Shown: piece after piece, positions 57,431-64,000 of the stretch | Numbering within the stretch: position 1 is the stretch's first letter | Layout of the letters: every line of letters begins with the position of its first letter | Assembly (NCBI GenBank): GCA_049515915.1 | Contig: JBEKTP010000002.1 | Span: forward strand, 36,524 to 100,523 | DNA from: Patescibacteria group bacterium | Lineage (GTDB): Bacteria; Patescibacteriota; UBA1384; UBA12157; JAENIV01 | Reading direction: 5' to 3' | Length of the DNA stretch: 64,000 bases | The notes under the pieces: model-generated | What the model was told of the DNA's origin: nothing | The model's database searches: none | What the model saw: only the letters and a program-made list of their open reading frames with translations | Program-made: the position numbers and the translations under genes

Positions 57431-59512
57431 ATGAAAGAAATTCCAAGCACATATGATCCAAAGGCAACTGAAGATCGTGTATATTCAATGTGGGAGAAAT
57501 CGGGCGCTTTTACGCCGAAAATCAAAGAAGGCAGAAAGCCTTTCGTTATTGTGATTCCCCCACCCAATGTGACCGGATCTTTACATATGGGCCATGCTCT
57601 TAATAATACGATTCAAGATATTTTGATAAGACGTTCGCGCATGAAAGGCGTTCCCACTCTTTGGATTCCAGGCACCGACCACGCGGGAATCGCCACTCAA
57701 AATGTCGTGGAAAAAGCACTCCAAAAAGAAGGCAAATCCCGCCACGATCTTGGCCGCGAAGAATTTGTCAAGCGGGTTTGGCAGTGGAAAGAGGAATACG
57801 GCCATATTATTATCGACCAGCTCAAAAAACTCGGCTGTTCCTGTGACTGGACGCGCGAGCGCTTTACCATGGATAACGATTATTCCGAGGCCGTTAACAC
57901 TGCTTTTAAACACTACTATAAAAAGGGGTGGATTTATCAAGGTGAGCGGGTGATTAACTGGTGTGTCCGCTGCCAAACCGCTTTGTCCGATATTGAGCTC
58001 GAACATAAAGAAGTCGAAGGAAATCTGTGGTTTATCAAGTATCCGGTAAAAGATTCTAAAGATTTTATCACCGTTGCCACTACTCGGCCGGAAACGATGC
58101 TCGGCGATACGGCCGTGGCCGTCAACCCGAAAGACAAACGATATAAAGATTTGATTGACAAGGTAGCTGTCGTTCCGATTATCAACCGCGAGGTGCCGAT
58201 TATCGCCGATGAAATCGTGGATATGAAGTTTGGCACCGGCGCCGTCAAAGTTACCCCGGCCCATGATATGAATGATGCCGAAATAGGTATTCGCCATCAC
58301 CTCAAAGCCATTAAAGTGATTAATGAGCTTGGTAAAATCACCGAAGAAGGTGGCAAATACGCCGGGCGAAAAATAGCCGAAGCCCGTGAAAATATTGCCA
58401 ATGAGCTCGAAAAGACAGGTTTAATTGAAAAAACCGAAAAATATCTCCATGAAGTGCCACACTGTTACCGCTGCGGACGTCAAGTTGAACAGCTTCTTTC
58501 CAAGCAATGGTTCGTCAAAATGTCGGAATTAATTAAGCCCGCCATTGCCGCCATTGAAAAAGATGAAATCAAAATCACCCCGGTGCGCTGGAAAAAAGTT
58601 TATCTTGATTGGATGAACAATATCCGCGACTGGTGCATATCAAGACAAATCTGGTGGGGTCACAAAATCCCCATCGAAGGTACTAAAGATGTTTTGGACA
58701 CCTGGTTTTCATCGGCCCTTTGGCCCTTCGCCACTCTTGGTTGGCCGAAAGAAACCGAGGATTTAAAGTATTTTTACCCCACCGCGATATTATCGACGGC
58801 CCGCGATATTAACATGCTTTGGGTGGTGAGAATGATTTTTTCCGGGCTAGAGTTTATGAAAGAAAAACCGTTTTCCGATATTTACGTTCACCCGACAATT
58901 TTTAATATTGAAGGTAAACGGATGTCCAAATCGCTTGGCACTGGCGTCGATCCGCTGGAATTAATCGATAAATACGGCACCGATGCAGTTCGTTTCGGCT
59001 TAACTTATATCAACACCGGCACACAGGATATTAAGTTTGACGAAAATGCCATTTTGGCCGGTAAAAAATTTGCGAATAAAATTTGGAACATCAGCCGATT
59101 TGTTTTGCAACAAATCGGAAATTCAAAATTCGAAGCACTAAATCCGAAACAAATCCCAAATCCTAAATCACAAACTGATAAAATAATATTAATTAAACTC
59201 AACCAAATCATCCAATCCACCGATGAAAATCTTGATAATTTCCACTTTGGCCAAGCGGCGCACGAGCTTTATGATTTTATCTGGCACGACTTGGCCGACG
59301 TTTATATCGAAAATTCTAAATCCCAAATTCTAAATCCTAAGCTTAAGGAAAATACAAATGAGATTCTACTTTATGTTCTTATTGATACCTTGAAACTTCT
59401 CCACCCCTTGATGCCTTTTATCACCGAAGAAATCTGGCAAAACCTTTACGTCAACAAATTGGTGGCAGAAAAAATTTTAATCACCGCCGTCTGGCCGACC
59501 ACCATTTCCTAA
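57431..59512 (+). CDS. valS: Valine--tRNA ligase (short, no C-terminal coiled coil)
   Basis: PPPNVTGSLHMGH, GTDHAGIATQ, WCISRQIWWGH, RMSKS. Confidence 0.96.
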   Translation: MKEIPSTYDPKATEDRVYSMWEKSGAFTPKIKEGRKPFVIVIPPPNVTGSLHMGHALNNTIQDILIRRSRMKGVPTLWIPGTDHAGIATQNVVEKALQKEGKSRHDLGREEFVKRVWQWKEEYGHIIIDQLKKLGCSCDWTRERFTMDNDYSEAVNTAFKHYYKKGWIYQGERVINWCVRCQTALSDIELEHKEVEGNLWFIKYPVKDSKDFITVATTRPETMLGDTAVAVNPKDKRYKDLIDKVAVVPIINREVPIIADEIVDMKFGTGAVKVTPAHDMNDAEIGIRHHLKAIKVINELGKITEEGGKYAGRKIAEARENIANELEKTGLIEKTEKYLHEVPHCYRCGRQVEQLLSKQWFVKMSELIKPAIAAIEKDEIKITPVRWKKVYLDWMNNIRDWCISRQIWWGHKIPIEGTKDVLDTWFSSALWPFATLGWPKETEDLKYFYPTAILSTARDINMLWVVRMIFSGLEFMKEKPFSDIYVHPTIFNIEGKRMSKSLGTGVDPLELIDKYGTDAVRFGLTYINTGTQDIKFDENAILAGKKFANKIWNISRFVLQQIGNSKFEALNPKQIPNPKSQTDKIILIKLNQIIQSTDENLDNFHFGQAAHELYDFIWHDLADVYIENSKSQILNPKLKENTNEILLYVLIDTLKLLHPLMPFITEEIWQNLYVNKLVAEKILITAVWPTTIS

Positions 59513-59570
59513 TTGATAATTGCCGTCCGGCTTGATATATTGAATATATAAACCCAACAAAGGAGGGTTA

Positions 59571-60389
59571 ATGTTTTCGATTAAAAAAATATTCCATTAT
59601 TTTCTTATATTTGTCCTCTTCGTGCCGATTTTTTTCCCCGGCGGTAATTTGGCGATTCCGAAAGCCCAGGCGGCGACTTCCAACCAACAAAGCACTGGCT
59701 CTAACCAAACCAACGCCACCCATCAAGATCCTAAGCCGGTCACCGCTAGCTGCGGTAATGGTTGTATTAATAGCGGATATACTGTCTATTTACAATGCCC
59801 AACCACCACTGACATCAACAACGCCACCGCAACTGACAGCACTCATTACCAATTATCTCTCAATTGGAGTATTAGCTTTACTCCAGAAGATAATGAATAT
59901 ATCAATTCTGCCCATGTCAATTGGACCGGCGATCCCAATGATTATTCGAACCTCGATGTTCAAAAGCTCTCAGGCACAAAAACCGGGACGGCGACACAAC
60001 AGCTTGTTTTAGATCATGGATATATGCCCGATATCGAAGTTGACGTATACAGTACGAATACAGGCACGCGTGAAGGAGTGATTGTTTCCAATATTTGTCA
60101 ATTTACTAAATATTCCAACCTGCTTCAAAATGGCTCAGGCAATCAAAACTCGGGTGGCAATCTCGGCACTGGCGGCGCCGTCAACAATGGCAGCACTGGC
60201 AGTAACTGCACATGCAAACTTAGCTCTGTCTCCACCATCCTTTCTGCATTTATGGATCCTGTTTGCAACATAATGTGTGTTTTTATCAATGCCATTATGG
60301 ATATCATTGACGATACAATTGGCAACTGGCTAACGACGGCGATTCAAGCCCAAGCGTGGCCACGGCCACTGGCGATAAAATATCCGTAA
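59571..60389 (+). CDS. Secreted Cys-containing protein
   Basis: AAGGAGG RBS, signal peptide, eight Cys, amphipathic C-terminal helix. Confidence 0.7.
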   Translation: MFSIKKIFHYFLIFVLFVPIFFPGGNLAIPKAQAATSNQQSTGSNQTNATHQDPKPVTASCGNGCINSGYTVYLQCPTTTDINNATATDSTHYQLSLNWSISFTPEDNEYINSAHVNWTGDPNDYSNLDVQKLSGTKTGTATQQLVLDHGYMPDIEVDVYSTNTGTREGVIVSNICQFTKYSNLLQNGSGNQNSGGNLGTGGAVNNGSTGSNCTCKLSSVSTILSAFMDPVCNIMCVFINAIMDIIDDTIGNWLTTAIQAQAWPRPLAIKYP

Positions 60390-60407
60390 AAAATATATAA
60401 ATTAAGT

Positions 60408-63400
60408 ATGTCAAACAAAACCAACCGTCAATGGGCGAAAGTTTTTTTGGCGGCCGTGATGGCGGTCGGTTTATTGTTGATAATTTTTGCTCCGACTGTC
60501 GCCCACGCCGCCGCCAGCGATATTCGCGACAGTTTGATTTCCACCGGCAACGGCCCTTACAAAGATTCTGTCATGCTCGGTTGGCGAATCTGTTTGGGGC
60601 TGGCCGATGTTTTTGTCACTTTAATTTTGGTTTTTTTGGCTGTCGTCAATATTGCCCACATCCAATACGATACCTACAATCTCAAGAAAACTTTGCCCTG
60701 GCTGATTATTGGCGTCATTTTAGCTAATTTCAGCCTGGTCATTTGCCGGATGTTTGTTGACGCCGCCAATGTTTTAACCAACACTTTTGCCACCAGTAAT
60801 ATTGTTACAAATATTCTCAAACCGCTTTATGTAAACTTAGGCTTGAACTATTTGGCCGGCGCGACAGCAACTGTTGGGCTGGCGAGTCTGGTCGGGTCAT
60901 TGGGAACACTAACAGTCGCCATGGGCATTATGACTTTGATTCTTCTTTTTCTGCCCTTAATCGGTCTTTTAATTTTATTGTTTTTACTTTATATCCGCAT
61001 CGCTTTAGTCCTCTTTTTAGCGATAATTGCGCCAATCGCCTTTGTCATGCTCGCCTTTCCGGTTACCCAAACCTATTTTAAACAATGGTGGTCCTGGTTT
61101 TTAAAATGGACCTTTATGAAACCGATCTGTTTTTTCCTTTTGTGGGCCGCCGTGACACTCGGCAAACCGCCAACCAGTGGAATTACAATGGTCAGCTTCT
61201 TAATTACCTTGGCTTTATGCTATCTCTCTCTTATTGCTCCTTTCAAACTCGGTGGCGCCATCATGGCCGGCTGGGGCAGGGTTGGTCGCTATATCACCCA
61301 AACCAACAAAGGCGGGGCGGTCACCAACTGGGCCGGCCGCCGTAAAGACCAGTCGGGCGCGGAGCTAAAAACGAAATTTCCTCGTCTTTTTGCCGGCGCG
61401 GAAAAAGATCGTTTAGTGACCGAACAAATGCAAAAAACGGCCGACAGCCGCGTCAAGCAGCAAGCCTGGAAAAGCCCTGATCTTGTCGCTCAGACCGAAA
61501 AAGCTGAAACTGAAGAGTCTAAACTTAAAGACTTGATGAATAAGCAGATGAAAGCTTTTGAAACTGGTGAAATGAAAATGAATTGGCTTTTGCGGCTCAA
61601 GCTCGCCCAGATTGAGTGGAACGGTGTTCGACCGAAGATTCAAAAGAAAACCTCCGGACAAATGGCCAGCGAGAAATTCGATACTGCGGCGGCACTCGAA
61701 CTTTCGACTAAACAACTCGAAGCGCACCGCAAAGACGCGACTTGGGATGCTATTATCAACGCCGGGCGGGGCGACCGAGAGCTGGACCAACGAATGGAAG
61801 ATCTTAAGAAGGCTGGCGCAAGCCTCCAAACTATCGACGTTGACAAAAACGGAAAAATCAACCCTGTTACTAAATATAAATACAAAATCGATGAAAAAAC
61901 CGGGGAAGTTGAAAAAGACGCTCAGGGTAATCCAGTTTTTGATACAGATCTTCAAGGTAACAAGATTTTAGAAGTCGCTACGTATCATGATTACATGGAG
62001 CAAGCGGCTTTTGTCAGCATGCAAGCCTTATCTGAACAAGACCCCACTAAAAAGAAAAATTATTTTGACTCAGCCGCGGAGATACGAAAACGGGCTGCCG
62101 ATTTCGCCCGCCAGCATCAAAAAACTGTCGACGGTAAAACTATTCACTATGACGCTTTTATGGATAAAAACCAATTTGGCCGAATTTATTCTATCACGAC
62201 CGCTCATCTCTTGGAAGAAGTTTCCACAAATACCCTGAATGAAAATGTTCACACCATGGTTGATCGTTTCTATAACGGCGGCTATGGCTGGCGCAATAAC
62301 CGTGGCAGCCACAAAGATTTGATTAACGTGGCGAGAGGCGATTACTCAGAAGTTGGAACGACCGCCATTGCACCCGCCGTAGCGGAATTTAGAACCTTCC
62401 TTGATTTCATCGGCCGTAAAGGCGGCAAAGACCGAGGTCGGTTTTTTGCCGCTTTTCTAGAAGCCATTGACGGCGGAGAAGTTTACGGCGACGACAATAA
62501 AGGCAAACTTTTAGAATCTCTGCTAAACAAAGAAAATTCCATTCGCCAAGGCGCTTCCGACGAATTCTTGGCTGAAGCGGTTGCCAGTGCCGCCCGGCGT
62601 GGGGTAGCCTCCTTTGCCGGCCTTAATTTTGCCCAATATGGGATAACGACAGGATCTCAGCCCACGAACGTTCTTGATATACTAAAACAACATGGAATTA
62701 ATTCAATCGATCAAATCAAGGCTCATCCAGAGATTTTTCGCCAACTTGACTTGACACCTTCTAACGCCACTCGTGCTCAAAGAAATATGCTCGACGGCAT
62801 GGCCGATCTTTTAGAAGAATCGGAAAATTTCTGCGGCCAGGGCAACCCCGTCGCTTATACGGTTAGAACCAAGAACCGCAACCACGACGATTGGTTTAAA
62901 GATTTTGCCCCGATCGAGAGTAAAGACGTCAAAAGAGTACTTAAAAGAAGATCCGAAAAGTTTGCTCACGACGAGGTTGTAAACGAACAATCATCTGCTC
63001 TCACTTCGAGCTCCCCTGAACAAATTATATCTTCAGCCAATAATGATCCCATTAAAGCAAGTCAAAAATATAGCGAGGCTGGAGCTAATTTAGCCACCCA
63101 AGAAAACCTTCAGATGGATTATTTTAAAATGGGCAGCCAGCCTATTGATCCTACGATTTTCAGAAATCAACTCGTCCAGGCCATCACCCAATCCGCCGCC
63201 ACCTCTTTTACCGGTTTACAAAATGAGCTTCAGCAAGCTTTCACCGGTCTTCAAGTGACGATGCCGGACATCGATACTCCCCAAGCAGTGGCTACCTTTA
63301 AACAGGAAGTCGCCGCTACTCAACAGGGGCTTAAAAATTACGCCAGTGTAACTAGTATGGCTCAGGCGGCCGATGTCCGCCAATACACTGGAGTTACACC

Positions 63401-63893
63401 AAACGAAACTATCGCCCAGCTTACCGACAGCGTCAGTAAACTGGATGCCGCCGTTCAAAAATTCAACGATGTCAGCGACAATATTCAATCGGCTGATCCT
63501 AATCAGGATATGCCTGAATCAGCTAAAAACCAATTACTTGATGCTTTAGCCGAAAGAGGAGCAGTGACCCCTTTGACTCGGCAAGCCCTTAGTACGGACG
63601 AGATGAAACTTCGCGCCGTCGCGGAAAAAATGATTATCGGCCTAAGGGGCGCAATTAATGCCCGCGGAGATAACGACAGACCATGGACCGAGGAAGAACT
63701 TTTGAGAGGAATATTAAAGGCGCAACGTTCAATTGATACTAGCTTAAATCAACCGACCGGTGAGGCTAACCAACCACCAAGCGGAGGACAAGCGCCGTCC
63801 ACTGGTGGGCAACAAAATCCGACACCGCCGACAACTCCAGCTAAACCGGGCGGAACCACCCAACCAATATCAGAGGCTGATCAGGAAGAGTAA
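60408..63893 (+). CDS. Large VirB6/TrbL-like membrane protein with long soluble tail
   Basis: ~290-aa multi-TM N-terminus (LPWLIIGVILANFS, LAIIAPIAF..FP..WW); ~870-aa tail ending Pro/Gln/Thr-rich. Confidence 0.6.
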   Translation: MSNKTNRQWAKVFLAAVMAVGLLLIIFAPTVAHAAASDIRDSLISTGNGPYKDSVMLGWRICLGLADVFVTLILVFLAVVNIAHIQYDTYNLKKTLPWLIIGVILANFSLVICRMFVDAANVLTNTFATSNIVTNILKPLYVNLGLNYLAGATATVGLASLVGSLGTLTVAMGIMTLILLFLPLIGLLILLFLLYIRIALVLFLAIIAPIAFVMLAFPVTQTYFKQWWSWFLKWTFMKPICFFLLWAAVTLGKPPTSGITMVSFLITLALCYLSLIAPFKLGGAIMAGWGRVGRYITQTNKGGAVTNWAGRRKDQSGAELKTKFPRLFAGAEKDRLVTEQMQKTADSRVKQQAWKSPDLVAQTEKAETEESKLKDLMNKQMKAFETGEMKMNWLLRLKLAQIEWNGVRPKIQKKTSGQMASEKFDTAAALELSTKQLEAHRKDATWDAIINAGRGDRELDQRMEDLKKAGASLQTIDVDKNGKINPVTKYKYKIDEKTGEVEKDAQGNPVFDTDLQGNKILEVATYHDYMEQAAFVSMQALSEQDPTKKKNYFDSAAEIRKRAADFARQHQKTVDGKTIHYDAFMDKNQFGRIYSITTAHLLEEVSTNTLNENVHTMVDRFYNGGYGWRNNRGSHKDLINVARGDYSEVGTTAIAPAVAEFRTFLDFIGRKGGKDRGRFFAAFLEAIDGGEVYGDDNKGKLLESLLNKENSIRQGASDEFLAEAVASAARRGVASFAGLNFAQYGITTGSQPTNVLDILKQHGINSIDQIKAHPEIFRQLDLTPSNATRAQRNMLDGMADLLEESENFCGQGNPVAYTVRTKNRNHDDWFKDFAPIESKDVKRVLKRRSEKFAHDEVVNEQSSALTSSSPEQIISSANNDPIKASQKYSEAGANLATQENLQMDYFKMGSQPIDPTIFRNQLVQAITQSAATSFTGLQNELQQAFTGLQVTMPDIDTPQAVATFKQEVAATQQGLKNYASVTSMAQAADVRQYTGVTPNETIAQLTDSVSKLDAAVQKFNDVSDNIQSADPNQDMPESAKNQLLDALAERGAVTPLTRQALSTDEMKLRAVAEKMIIGLRGAINARGDNDRPWTEEELLRGILKAQRSIDTSLNQPTGEANQPPSGGQAPSTGGQQNPTPPTTPAKPGGTTQPISEADQEE

Positions 63894-64000
63894 TCATTAT
63901 CGTTCTCCTGCCTTGACAAAAAGATATTTTTTTGTTATTATTTGATGTTTTCAAAAATCACCACCCTAATTCCTCATTACGGTTTTTGAGATGCATCTTT

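Noticed and set aside
57431-59512. valS as a truncated pseudogene
   Set aside because: All catalytic motifs intact and it ends just after the usual WP motif; short ValRS forms lacking the coiled coil are known
61413-61955. Long opposite-strand or overlapping ORFs in the track (also e.g. 717-1037, 34503-34778, 37785-38285, 57581-58300)
   Set aside because: Shadow frames of better-supported genes, without RBS or motifs

Overview
Core-chromosome segment of a small-genome bacterium, most consistent with a Patescibacteria/CPR lineage (inference from gene content and order: short ValRS, ftsK-two-component-pilin-rodZ-recA block, sortase, Fem-type ligase, VirB6-like protein). Housekeeping genes: rpoD, dnaG, ppsA, recX, recA, ftsK, guaA, rnj, udg, pnp, rpsO, rpsT, lepB, holA, murE, tsaD, valS. 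Hidden or unusual structure: (1) tRNA-Asn(GUU) split by a 202-nt group I intron inside the anticodon; (2) a 521-aa LAGLIDADG intein in PEP synthase at the AEDLP/SASFAGQ site, carrying an extra Zn-ribbon and a PWNKG motif; (3) a family of 7-nt-periodic AAATnnn elements present as intergenic palindromes and as in-frame segments in five conserved proteins; (4) two integrase-less islets bounded by duplicated tRNA 3' ends; (5) three structured non-coding elements at 33.3-36.8 kb; (6) a tandem FabZ-like double hotdog with an apparently split His/Glu dyad; (7) a DedA-GT4-GT4/PIG-L operon suggesting an amino-glycolipid pathway; (8) sortase-signal surface proteins (6xSLH; 7-repeat propeller). No rRNA, CRISPR, integrase, transposase or reverse transcriptase was seen. 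All calls are by eye, without database searches.
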